From the NCBI RefSeq assembly GCF_000011325.1, contig NC_003450.3:1680001-1712000 (forward strand): a stretch of 32,000 nt of DNA. Reading direction: 5' to 3'. How positions within the stretch are numbered: position 1 is the stretch's first letter; each line of letters starts with the position of its first letter. This stretch comes from Corynebacterium glutamicum ATCC 13032. GTDB lineage: Bacteria > Actinomycetota > Actinomycetes > Mycobacteriales > Mycobacteriaceae. The notes beneath the pieces were generated by a model. It was given only the letters and a program-made list of their open reading frames with translations. It had not been told where the DNA came from and ran no database searches. The position numbers and the translations under genes were made by a program. Of this stretch, positions 1-9,197 are shown in pieces.

Positions 1-143
1 TCGGCGTTGCCCTTGGCGATATCAAAAGAAGTCAGGCGCGCTTGTTCGACCAGTTCATAAACCTCCTGGCCTTCTTGTTCCGCAATTACCTCACCGAGGA
101 TTTGACCGAGGAACCTGATGTCATCGCGTAAAAAATCAGTCAT
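1..143 (-). CDS. ppc: Phosphoenolpyruvate carboxylase, N-terminal fragment (the gene continues past the left edge of the window)
   Basis: Not in the ORF track because it is under 60 aa. The reverse complement of 1..143 reads ATG ACT GAT TTT TTA CGC..., giving [47 protein letters not shown]. This is the conserved PEPC N-terminus (LRxDIRxLGxxLGxVI) and matches my recollection of C. glutamicum Ppc. Its position downstream of gapA-pgk-tpiA fits the known gap-pgk-tpi-ppc cluster. Confidence 0.85.
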   Translation of the reverse strand, partial: MTDFLRDDIRFLGQILGEVIAEQEGQEVYELVEQARLTSFDIAKGNA

Positions 144-190
144 AACTACTTTAAACACTCTTTCACATTGAGGGTGTTGGCGTGCATGAG

Positions 191-227
191 ATAAAAAATC
201 ACCCAGCAAAACAGGTGTTTAGCTGGG
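191..227 (-). terminator. Terminator-like hairpin with a T-run between tpiA and ppc (a possible partial terminator or attenuator)
   Basis: The minus strand reads CCCAGC-T-AAAC-ACCT-GTTT-T-GCTGGG, followed directly by TGATTTTTTAT. That is a 6+4 bp stem with one T-T mismatch, a 4-nt loop and a run of six T. It lies about 100 nt after the tpiA stop and 48 nt before the ppc ATG. Confidence 0.45.
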
Positions 228-281
228 CGATTGATTTCGATGGCTTTCATGGGCTCATCAAAACCGCACTTCTACAGTGCT

Positions 282-334
282 TGTGCTTTAAGGCTGTGCT
301 TTAAGGCTGTGCTTTAAAGCTCTGTACTTTAAGC
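282..334. repeat. 13-bp tandem repeat: three good copies plus one degenerate copy that contains the tpiA stop codon
   Basis: The plus strand reads tgtgctttaaggc (282-294), tgtgctttaaggc (295-307), tgtgctttaaagc (308-320) and tctgtactttaagc (321-334). The tpiA TAA is the reverse complement of 329-331, inside the last, degenerate unit. Confidence 0.9.
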
Positions 335-1108
335 AACGCTCGCAGCGTTGGCAGCCAGCTTGGCGAATGCTTCACCGTCGAGGGAAGCGCCACCGACAAG
401 TCCGCCGTCGACGTCAGGCTGACCGACGATCTCAGCGACGGTTTCTGCCTTAACAGAACCACCGTAAAGAATACGCAGGCCCTCAGCGACCTCGTCGCCT
501 GCAAGCTCCACGATCAGACCGCGGATAGCCTTGCACACTTCCTGAGCGTCAGCTGCGGAAGCAACCTTACCGGTGCCGATAGCCCACACTGGCTCATACG
601 CGATAACGGTGTTGGCCAGCTCAGCAGCATCCAGGCCAGCAAGGGACTTACGGGTCTGCTCGACGACGTACTCAACGTGGGTGCCAGCTTCACGGATTTC
701 CAGTGGCTCACCAACGCAGACGATCGGGCTGATGCCGTTGGACAGAGCTGCCTTTGCCTTCGCAGCAACCAACTCATCAGACTCGTTGTGGTACTCGCGG
801 CGCTCGGAGTGTCCAACGACAACCCAAGAGCAGTTCAACTTTGCCAGCATGCTTGCAGAAACTTCACCGGTGTACGCACCGGACTCGTGCTGGGAGACGT
901 CCTGAGCACCGAAAGTGACCTCAAGCTTGTCGCCCTCAACGAGAGTCTGGACGGAGCGGATGTCAGTGAAAGGAACGGTGACTGCAACGTCAACCTTCTC
1001 GAAGTATTCCTTTGGAAGGGCGAATGCAAGCTTCTGAACAGTGCCGATTGCCTGCTGGTGATCCAGGTTCATCTTCCAGTTACCAGCGATAAGTGGCTTA
1101 CGTGCCAT
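329..1108 (-). CDS. tpiA: Triosephosphate isomerase
   Basis: 259-aa ORF with NWKMN, the SERR (HSERR) and [11 protein letters not shown] motifs. ATG at 1108 is preceded by GAAAGG. Located in the glycolytic cluster. Confidence 0.97.
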   Translation of the reverse strand: MARKPLIAGNWKMNLDHQQAIGTVQKLAFALPKEYFEKVDVAVTVPFTDIRSVQTLVEGDKLEVTFGAQDVSQHESGAYTGEVSASMLAKLNCSWVVVGHSERREYHNESDELVAAKAKAALSNGISPIVCVGEPLEIREAGTHVEYVVEQTRKSLAGLDAAELANTVIAYEPVWAIGTGKVASAADAQEVCKAIRGLIVELAGDEVAEGLRILYGGSVKAETVAEIVGQPDVDGGLVGGASLDGEAFAKLAANAASVA

Positions 1109-1186
1109 GTGTGAAACACACCTTTCTTAAAAAAGTTTCCCGGTGGCCCTTTATGTTTTGTTTTCTAACAAAGGGCCGTGTCGGAT

Positions 1187-2404
1187 TTACTGAGCGAGAA
1201 TTGCAACGCCTGGGAGTTCCTTGCCTTCAAGGTACTCGAGGGATGCGCCACCACCGGTGGAGATGTGGGAGAAGCCGTCTTCGTTCAGGCCGAGCACGCG
1301 AACGGATGCTGCGGAGTCGCCACCGCCAACAACGGAGAATGCGTCGTTGCCTGCAGTTGCATCGATGATGGCCTGGGCGATGCCGCGGGTGCCTTCAGAG
1401 AATGCTGCGAACTCGAACACGCCCATTGGGCCGTTCCAGAAGATGGTCTTAGCGGTGCTGAGAACCTCACCGAAGTTCTTGACGGACTCTGGTCCGATGT
1501 CAAGAGACATCCAGCCTTCTGGGATGGAGTCCAGGTCAACGATCTGCTTCTCTGCGTCCTTGTTAAATTCGGATGCTGCAACCAGGTCAACTGGGAGAAC
1601 GATCTTGTCACCGAAGCGTGCGAGCAGGTCGGTGCAGGTAGCCTTCATTTCTTCCTGCAGGAGGGACTGCTGAACGTTGTGTCCCTGAGCTGCGAGGAAG
1701 GTGTAGCACATGCCGCCACCGACGATGATCTTGTCAGCCTTGGCAGCCAGCGCCTCAATAACACCGATCTTGTCAGAGACCTTGGATCCACCGAGAACCA
1801 CTACGTATGGTGCCTCTGGTGATTCTGCGATCTTTTCCAGAACGGAAATCTCGGTCTCTACCAGTCCGCCAGCGTAGTGTGGCAGCAACTTTGCAATGTC
1901 GTAGACGGAGGTCTGTGCGCGGTGGACAACACCGAAGCCGTCAGAAACGAATGCGCCGTTGTCTGCTGCAAGAGCTGCGAGCTCCTGAGCGAAAGCGGTG
2001 CGCTCTGCCTCGTCCTTGGAGGTTTCGCGTGGGTCGAAGCGCACGTTCTCCAGGAGCAGGATGTCGCCCTCGGTCAGGCCGTTTGCGCGCTCGTGTGCGT
2101 CTTCGCCAACAACGTCTGCGGCAAGTGCAACGTACTGGCCAAGCTCATCGGAGAGTGCCTCAGCGACAGGTGCGAGGGAGTACTTCTCGTTGACCTCGCC
2201 CTTTGGGCGGCCAAGGTGAGCCATGACGATGACCTTTGCGCCACCTTCGCTCAGTGCTTTAAGGGTTGGTAGGGAGGCAATGATTCGGCCCTTATCGGTG
2301 ATCTCGCGGTCATCGTTGAGGGGAACATTGAAGTCAGATCGAACGATGACGTGGCGTCCGTCTACGCCTTCGTCGAGCAAGTCCTTGAGGGTCTTAACAG
2401 CCAT
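1187..2404 (-). CDS. pgk: Phosphoglycerate kinase
   Basis: The track ORF (1187..2554) is trimmed to the internal ATG at 2404 ([10 protein letters not shown]...), which is preceded by CCAAGGAG. This gives 405 aa. The typical PGK N-terminus RSDFNVPL is present. The extra 50 upstream codons run into the gapA terminator and promoter spacer. Confidence 0.95.
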   Translation of the reverse strand: MAVKTLKDLLDEGVDGRHVIVRSDFNVPLNDDREITDKGRIIASLPTLKALSEGGAKVIVMAHLGRPKGEVNEKYSLAPVAEALSDELGQYVALAADVVGEDAHERANGLTEGDILLLENVRFDPRETSKDEAERTAFAQELAALAADNGAFVSDGFGVVHRAQTSVYDIAKLLPHYAGGLVETEISVLEKIAESPEAPYVVVLGGSKVSDKIGVIEALAAKADKIIVGGGMCYTFLAAQGHNVQQSLLQEEMKATCTDLLARFGDKIVLPVDLVAASEFNKDAEKQIVDLDSIPEGWMSLDIGPESVKNFGEVLSTAKTIFWNGPMGVFEFAAFSEGTRGIAQAIIDATAGNDAFSVVGGGDSAASVRVLGLNEDGFSHISTGGGASLEYLEGKELPGVAILAQ

Positions 2405-2517
2405 GCCGTACTCCTTGGAGATTTGATTGTTTAAAAAATTCTTCTGGTGCAATGTGATGCACTGTCCCAGATTGCCACACATTGTGTGGCGCTGGCACCG
2501 GTATTCAATTGTATTGA

Positions 2518-2567
2518 TTAAAGACACAAAATAGCCCGGGGTGCGCCGAGGCACACCCCGGGCTATT
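2518..2567 (-). terminator. Intrinsic terminator downstream of gapA
   Basis: Perfect 14-bp inverted repeat aatagcccggggtg (2530-2543) / caccccgggctatt (2554-2567) with a 10-nt loop. On the minus strand it is followed by TTGTGTCTTTAAT, so the RNA ends ...CUAUUUUGUGUCUUU. It starts 54 nt after the gapA stop. Confidence 0.75.
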
Positions 2568-2620
2568 GGGATGACACATCACCGTGAGCATCGATCGCCC
2601 ACGTTAGCGATGTGAACTAA

Positions 2621-3637
<1,017 letters not shown>

Positions 3638-3695
3638 CTAAAGATTGTAGGAAATGCAATGTGTCAAGCAGTTAGGTCAATCAGAGCATCGGTCA

Positions 3696-3711
3696 CTCAA
3701 GAATTCTTGAG
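3696..3711. promoter_or_regulatory. 16-bp perfect palindrome CTCAAGAATTCTTGAG in the gapA upstream region (candidate operator)
   Basis: Read directly: ctcaagaa/ttcttgag is exactly self-complementary. It lies 71-86 bp upstream of the gapA ATG. Confidence 0.4.
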
Positions 3712-4035
3712 CTGACAGAACCCAAGGGCGAGTATGGCGAATTTTTCCAACTCACGCACCAAACCTACTCACATTGGATAATTCGTCGAGTCAACTCCGT
3801 GTCAACCTGTCCTCAACTTTAGCGGGGAAACAAAGATTTCGCAGCAGATGCAAAATCATACAGACACATTCAAAAATGGACATTGACCCCAAACGGGGGC
3901 ATTTCCAACACTTGCGCTAAATAGTTTTTGCAGGGAACGAACCTGAAATCGTTCGCACTACGATCTGCTCCCCCGAATGGGGTTAATTATGAACTACATT
4001 ACACCCCCGTGAATCCACAAATTAAAGTCTCAGAT

Positions 4036-4071
4036 TTGAAGCCAATGTGATGCAACTCACACTGGCTTCAA
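4036..4071 (-). terminator. Strong hairpin 42 nt after the whiA stop (putative whiA terminator). Its core is a perfect TGTGA-N6-TCACA site.
   Basis: Arms are ttgaagccaatgtga (4036-4050) and tcacactggcttcaa (4057-4071). This gives 15 bp with a single G-U position in the minus-strand RNA and a 6-nt loop. The downstream minus-strand tail AUCUGAGACUUUAAUUU is only moderately U-rich. Positions 4046-4061 read TGTGA-tgcaac-TCACA. Confidence 0.5.
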
Positions 4072-4113
4072 TGGTAATCCCAATAGGCTCGGTCGTTTTT
4101 AGGCTTCAATCAT

Positions 4114-5097
4114 CTAAATTTCTTCCAACAAATCTTCCGTCACAACAGAATTTGTATCAGGAATCTTCAGATCTTCGGCGCGCTTATCTGCCATCGTCAA
4201 AAGACGACGAATACGACCGGCCACAGCATCCTTGGTCATTTGAGGATCAGCCAACCGGCCCAACTCCTCCAACGATGCCTGACGGTGCTGCACACGCAGC
4301 TGTCCAGCCTCAGCCAAATGCTCAGGAACATCATCACCAAGAATCTTCATGGCGCGTTCTACCCTCGCTGCAGCGGCAACTGCTGCTCGGGCTGACCTGC
4401 GCAGATTGGCATCGTCGAAGTTGGCCAACCGGTTTGCCGGAGTTCGACTTTCCCGCTTGATGCGTTTTTCTTCCCACAACATGCGAGTTTTCTGTGCACC
4501 CATTCGAGTGAGCAGTGCCCCAATTGCTTCCGCATCACGAACATTGACGCGATCAAATCCTCGAGAATCTTTCGTTTTCGCCGCGATCCCAATTCTTCGA
4601 GCACATCCAACCAGTGCCAATGCTGATTCTTGACCAGGACACAACACCTCCAACGAAGAGGAACGACCTGGATCACTTAAAGATCCATTGGCTAGAAACG
4701 CACCGCGCCATGCAGCTTCAGCGTCACTGATTGTTCCGCTGACCACAGAAGGCGCTAGACCTTTAACCACATGTCCAGACCTGGTGACCAGTCCGGTGCG
4801 TCGCGCAATTTCATCGGCATTGTCAATGATGCGCACCAAATACCGTGGCGTTTTCCTGCTCACAGTCGGGTTCACGGTGTGCACATCGACTCGAGAGTTG
4901 TACAAACCTTGGATAAACTCCTGAAGCCTCATACCGACTTGCATGCTGTCCAAATTTGCTTCGATGACCAGCTTGCCGCCGACAGCTTGCATCTCACCAG
5001 CAAACCTTAAAATTGCAGACACTTCCGCAGCACGAACACTGTTTTTGGCCACATGGACCTGCGCCAATTCTTGTTTGATATCACTCGTCAGTGACAC
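4114..5097 (-). CDS. whiA: WhiA, DNA-binding sporulation/cell-division regulator family protein
   Basis: 327-aa ORF with a GTG start at 5097, 9 nt after the yvcK stop. It is the last gene of the conserved rapZ-yvcK-whiA trio. The sequence has a LAGLIDADG-like N-terminal part and a C-terminal HTH region (...[22 protein letters not shown]...). Confidence 0.9.
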   Translation of the reverse strand: MSLTSDIKQELAQVHVAKNSVRAAEVSAILRFAGEMQAVGGKLVIEANLDSMQVGMRLQEFIQGLYNSRVDVHTVNPTVSRKTPRYLVRIIDNADEIARRTGLVTRSGHVVKGLAPSVVSGTISDAEAAWRGAFLANGSLSDPGRSSSLEVLCPGQESALALVGCARRIGIAAKTKDSRGFDRVNVRDAEAIGALLTRMGAQKTRMLWEEKRIKRESRTPANRLANFDDANLRRSARAAVAAAARVERAMKILGDDVPEHLAEAGQLRVQHRQASLEELGRLADPQMTKDAVAGRIRRLLTMADKRAEDLKIPDTNSVVTEDLLEEI

Positions 5098-5106
5098 GCC
5101 TACTCC

Positions 5107-6132
5107 TTAACGCTTTCGTGCTCCAGCAAAACTTGCCAGCAACGCTGCACACAGCTTTGCTGGATCGTGAATACTGGTGAATCGACCACGGCCATCTTCA
5201 GCCTGGACATCATGGAAGGAGACTTCTGCACCAAGGGTGCGAGCAGCTCGTTCTACATGATTGCGTTCGGTTTGTGAGGACAGTGTCTTGGCATCGACAA
5301 TGACTTGGTCAACCTGAAGGTTTCGAGCATGCTGGCGGAGCACATGGATGTGTCGTTCTGCAGAGAATCCCGCGGTCTCCCCTGGCTCGGACGTCAGGTT
5401 TAACACCACGGTTTTGGTTGCTTTTGTCTGCGCCAAGGCATCAACGATCCCTGGGACCAAAATGTGTGGAATCACAGAGGAGAACCAGGAACCTGGGCCA
5501 AGGGTGACCAAATCTGCATCGAGAATGGCCTCGATGGCAGCGGGGTTCGGTTCTGGATTGTCCGGAATGATTCGAACGCGTCGCACCTGCCCGGGGGTTG
5601 CAGCTACCGCCACTTGACCACGAACTTGACGCATGACTCGAGCATCAGAGTCTAGACCTGATACTTCCGCTTCAAGATCCAAAGGTTCAGCACATACCGG
5701 GATGATGCGTCCTTTGGCTCCAGCGAGTTGAGCGATTTGATCAAGCGCATGCTGGGAGGTGCCCAAAATGTCGGTCAACGCCACGATCACGAGGTTTCCC
5801 AAGGCGTGACCAGCTAGCGCACCATGTCCACCGAAGCGGTGCTGCAGGAGGTTTTCCCACAATCCGCCTTCTTCGGCATCGGCGATCAAAGCTGCCAACG
5901 CCATGCGCAGATCTCCTGGAGGGATCTGCCCCAGCTCACGGCGAATACGGCCTGATGAGCCACCATCATCAGCAACTGTCACCACAGCGTTGATGGTTGT
6001 CGGTGAGCAGATTTGAGCTGCTCGAAGGGTCTGAAAAAGACCATGTCCACCGCCCAAGCTGGTGATTACACGTGGTCGCTCAAGTGGAGCTTCTTCTGGT
6101 GTGCCATTTGGGGCATCGAAGAAGGTTGTCAA
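5107..6132 (-). CDS. yvcK: YvcK/CofD-family gluconeogenesis factor (UPF0052; CuvA-like)
   Basis: 341-aa ORF with the N-terminal GGGHG nucleotide-binding motif (SLGGGHGLFQTL). TTG start at 6132 is preceded by GGAAAGGGG. It sits between rapZ and whiA. Confidence 0.88.
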   Translation of the reverse strand: MTTFFDAPNGTPEEAPLERPRVITSLGGGHGLFQTLRAAQICSPTTINAVVTVADDGGSSGRIRRELGQIPPGDLRMALAALIADAEEGGLWENLLQHRFGGHGALAGHALGNLVIVALTDILGTSQHALDQIAQLAGAKGRIIPVCAEPLDLEAEVSGLDSDARVMRQVRGQVAVAATPGQVRRVRIIPDNPEPNPAAIEAILDADLVTLGPGSWFSSVIPHILVPGIVDALAQTKATKTVVLNLTSEPGETAGFSAERHIHVLRQHARNLQVDQVIVDAKTLSSQTERNHVERAARTLGAEVSFHDVQAEDGRGRFTSIHDPAKLCAALLASFAGARKR

Positions 6133-6148
6133 TTAGTTGGCCCCTTTC

Positions 6149-7078
6149 CTAGTGGCGGTTAATATCGCGGTGTACTACAGACACGTCGAGCGTGGTCTGA
6201 TCTGCGATTCTTTTGGCTAGTTCTTCAGACACCGCAACTGATCTGTGGTGTCCACCGGTGCAGCCGACACCGATTGTGATGAAGTTTTTTCCTTCGTGGC
6301 GGTATCCCGGAAGCATGTCTTTGAGCATGTCCACAAAGTTGTTCAAAAATTCTTCTGCGCCTTTTTGGGAGAGCACATAGTCAGATACTGGCTTGTCCAC
6401 TCCCCTAAATGGGCGCAGCTCTGGAACCCAGAATGGGTTCGGCAAGAAACGCACGTCCACAACAAAGTCGGCGTCGCGTGGTGAGCCGTGTTTGAAACCG
6501 AATGATTCAATGGTGACGTGCTGGGTGCGCGTGGCGATTGTCCTAAACGAGGATTCGATGGCGCGGCGCAAATCATGCACGGACAGATCCGAGGTATCGA
6601 TGACCACTGAAGCGTCTTCCTTCACAGGAGACAGCACGGTTCGTTCACGTTCAATACCCACCTGAAGGGTTTGGCTGCCCTGCAAAGGATGGGTGCGGCG
6701 CACATTATCGAATCGCTTGATCAGCACCTCATCGCGTGCTTCCAGAAATAACACCGTGGGATCGAGCTGCTTATCACGCAGCTCTGAAACAACCTGGGTG
6801 AGGCTTCCGCGGAATTCACGGGAGCGCACATCGCACACGACTGCAACTTTGTCGACGGGAGAATCTTCCCGAGCGCACATATCAATTAATTCCAGGATGA
6901 TCTGTGGTGGAATATTGTGCGCCACATACCAACCCAAGTCTTCGAGGACTCGGGCTGCTGTGCTCAGACCTGCGCCTGACATACCGGTGATGATGACAGG
7001 TGTGAAATTGTCCCTGTACTTCACAGGATTTTCTTGTGCAGACTTATCAGTGTGCGTGACCCCAGTGGATTGAATCAT
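6149..7078 (-). CDS. rapZ: RNase adapter protein RapZ (YvcJ-type P-loop NTPase)
   Basis: 309-aa ORF with Walker [10 protein letters not shown] and the C-terminal CTGGHHRSV motif. ATG at 7078 is preceded by TAGGA. Confidence 0.92.
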
Positions 7079-7099
7079 GGTTACATCCTAGCGATCTAC

Positions 7100-9190
7100 T
7101 TATTTTGACGCGTGAAGACCTTCATAGACAGCCTCCGCAAGTTTCGGGCCGAAGCCTTTCACTTGGGAAATGTCCTCAACGCTTGCCTCTTTCAGTTTTG
7201 CCACGGATCCAAAGTGCTTGACTAGTTCAGTGCGACGGCTCTGGCCAAGGCCCTTGATGCTATCTAGCTCGGAAACACGCATGCGCTTGGATCGTTGCTG
7301 GCGGTGGTAGGTGATGGCAAAGCGGTGGGCTTCGTCACGGATTTGCTGGAGCAAAAACAGTGCTTGGGAGTTTCTCGGCAAGATGACGGGATCGGGGTCG
7401 CCGGGCAGCCAGATTTCTTCCAAGCGCTTGGCTAGGCCAATGAGCACCACGTCAACGATGCCTAATTCATCAAAGACTTCTTGGGCTGCAGCTACCTGCG
7501 GGGCACCACCATCGACGATAAAAATCTGAGGAGGGTATGCAAAACGCCTGGCGTCGGTGCTCATTTCCTCGACTTTTTCATCGCTGAAGGTCGAGCCGTC
7601 AAACTCTTCGGCTTCGGGAACAGCAAGTTTGTCTTGGTTGTGGCGCAGGAAGCGGCGCCTGGTGATTTCCGCAATGGATGCCACGTCGTTGGAATGTCCA
7701 TCGCCTGCGGCTTCTTTGACTCGATAGCGTCGGTAGTCCGATTTTCGAGGCAAACCATCTTCAAAAACCACCAGGGATGCCACCACATCGGTGCCCTGAA
7801 TATGGGAAATATCGGTACATTCGATGCGCAGCGGAGCCTGCTCCATGTCCAGCGCTTCCTGCAATTCCTGCAGTGCAGCTGAACGCGCGGTGAGATCACC
7901 GACACGCTTAAGCTTGTGTTGTTTCAGCAGCTCTTTGGCGTTGCGCTCCACAGTTTCCATGAGCGCACGCTTGTCACCGCGCTGTGGCACGCGGGCATCA
8001 ACGCCAGCACCGCGCAATTCCTCCAGTACTTTCAGGGTTTGCTCAGCTTCATTGGGCGCAACTTGCACGAGGATTTCACGGGGCACGACCGAAGCGCGCG
8101 TCACTGGGGCTGCCTCTTCAAAAGAATGCTTATCGACGCCACGTCGCTCGATCACCGCAGCATCTTCCTTAGCCTCAGTTTCAGCACGCTCGACGGCGTC
8201 GCCATAAAACTGAACGAGGAAATCTTGCATCAAAAATGGCAGTGCGGGATCTGTTTCCGGGGCATCACCCTCAGGTTGGGTCGTAGCGTCGACAAGCAAT
8301 CCGGCGTAGTCGCCGGGCTTTTCCACAACCCAGCCGCGCTGGCCGCGGATTCGGCCACCTCGGATGTTGAAGACTTGCACGGCGGCTTCTAGCTGATCGG
8401 TGGCGAATGCGATGATGTCGGCGTCGGTGCCATCGCCAAGGACGACGGCCTGTTTTTCCATGACCTTGTCAATGGCTTCCAGATCATCGCGCAGGCGGGC
8501 CGCGCGCTCGAAATCGAGTTCCTCGGCCGCAGCCATCATGTCGGCGTTGAGTTTGCGAGTGACTTTGTCGGTGTGACCAGCCATGAAAGAGGTGAAACCG
8601 TCAACGATTTCGCGGTGTTCCTCTTCGCTCACGCGGCCCACGCACGGGGCCGCACATTTATCGATATAGCCCAACAAACACGGCCGGCCGAGGCTTTCGT
8701 GGCGGTTAAACACACCCTTTGAACAGGTGCGCATGGGGAAAACGCGGGTGAGAAGATCAAGGGTTTCCCGCACTGCCCACGCGTGGGAATACGGTCCGAA
8801 ATAGCGCACACCTTTGCGGCGCGGACCTCGGAAGAAGAACGCGCGCGGGAACCTCTCCCCTGTGGATACTGCCAGCATGGGATAGGTTTTATCGTCGCGG
8901 TATTTTACGTTAAACCGCGGATCAAAACGTTTAATCCAGGTGTATTCCAGCTGCAGCGCCTCGACTTCGCTGGACACCACGGTCCACTCCACAGACGACG
9001 CTGCGAACACCATTTGGCGGGTGCGCGGATGCAGTTGGGTGACATCCTGGAAATAGTTCGACAACCGCGAACGCAAGTTTTTGGCCTTGCCCACGTAGAT
9101 CACGCGGCGGTTTTCGTCCCTGAATTTATAAACACCCGGCTCCGTTGGAATTGTTCCTGGAGCCGGGCGATAAGTTGTTGGATCAGCCAC
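7100..9190 (-). CDS. uvrC: Excinuclease ABC subunit C
   Basis: 696-aa ORF with an N-terminal GIY-YIG domain ([25 protein letters not shown]) and a C-terminal (HhH)2 region. GTG start at 9190 lies 7 nt after the upstream stop. Confidence 0.96.
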   Translation of the reverse strand: MADPTTYRPAPGTIPTEPGVYKFRDENRRVIYVGKAKNLRSRLSNYFQDVTQLHPRTRQMVFAASSVEWTVVSSEVEALQLEYTWIKRFDPRFNVKYRDDKTYPMLAVSTGERFPRAFFFRGPRRKGVRYFGPYSHAWAVRETLDLLTRVFPMRTCSKGVFNRHESLGRPCLLGYIDKCAAPCVGRVSEEEHREIVDGFTSFMAGHTDKVTRKLNADMMAAAEELDFERAARLRDDLEAIDKVMEKQAVVLGDGTDADIIAFATDQLEAAVQVFNIRGGRIRGQRGWVVEKPGDYAGLLVDATTQPEGDAPETDPALPFLMQDFLVQFYGDAVERAETEAKEDAAVIERRGVDKHSFEEAAPVTRASVVPREILVQVAPNEAEQTLKVLEELRGAGVDARVPQRGDKRALMETVERNAKELLKQHKLKRVGDLTARSAALQELQEALDMEQAPLRIECTDISHIQGTDVVASLVVFEDGLPRKSDYRRYRVKEAAGDGHSNDVASIAEITRRRFLRHNQDKLAVPEAEEFDGSTFSDEKVEEMSTDARRFAYPPQIFIVDGGAPQVAAAQEVFDELGIVDVVLIGLAKRLEEIWLPGDPDPVILPRNSQALFLLQQIRDEAHRFAITYHRQQRSKRMRVSELDSIKGLGQSRRTELVKHFGSVAKLKEASVEDISQVKGFGPKLAEAVYEGLHASK

Positions 9191-9197
9191 AGCTTAA

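Noticed and set aside
1145-1177. Inverted repeat GGCCCTTT-N17-AAAGGGCC between the pgk stop and the tpiA start, considered as a terminator
   Set aside because: The loop is large. The only T-run on the coding strand (1129-1134) is separated from the stem by 10 nt. pgk and tpiA are known to be co-transcribed. At most it is an mRNA stability or processing hairpin, and it is not supportable as a terminator.
1178-1822. Plus-strand ORFs of 214 aa (antisense to pgk), 238 aa (10708-11424, antisense to ribBA) and 193 aa (8783-9364, antisense to uvrC and the membrane protein)
   Set aside because: The same reasoning applies. The opposite strand encodes complete, motif-bearing housekeeping proteins, and these ORFs have no start context or recognisable features.
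2405-2554. N-terminal extensions offered by the ORF track for pgk (to 2554), ribH (to 10384), fmt (to 16527), metK (to 20463), gmk (to 23109) and pyrR (to 31984)
   Set aside because: In each case an internal start codon with a good SD reproduces the conserved family N-terminus. The extension overlaps the upstream gene, a terminator or AT-rich spacer.
4047-4460. A 137-aa plus-strand ORF that starts inside the whiA terminator hairpin and runs antisense into whiA
   Set aside because: Its start codon lies within a 15-bp stem. Most of it overlaps the conserved WhiA C-terminal HTH region on the other strand. No SD is present and the composition is not protein-like.
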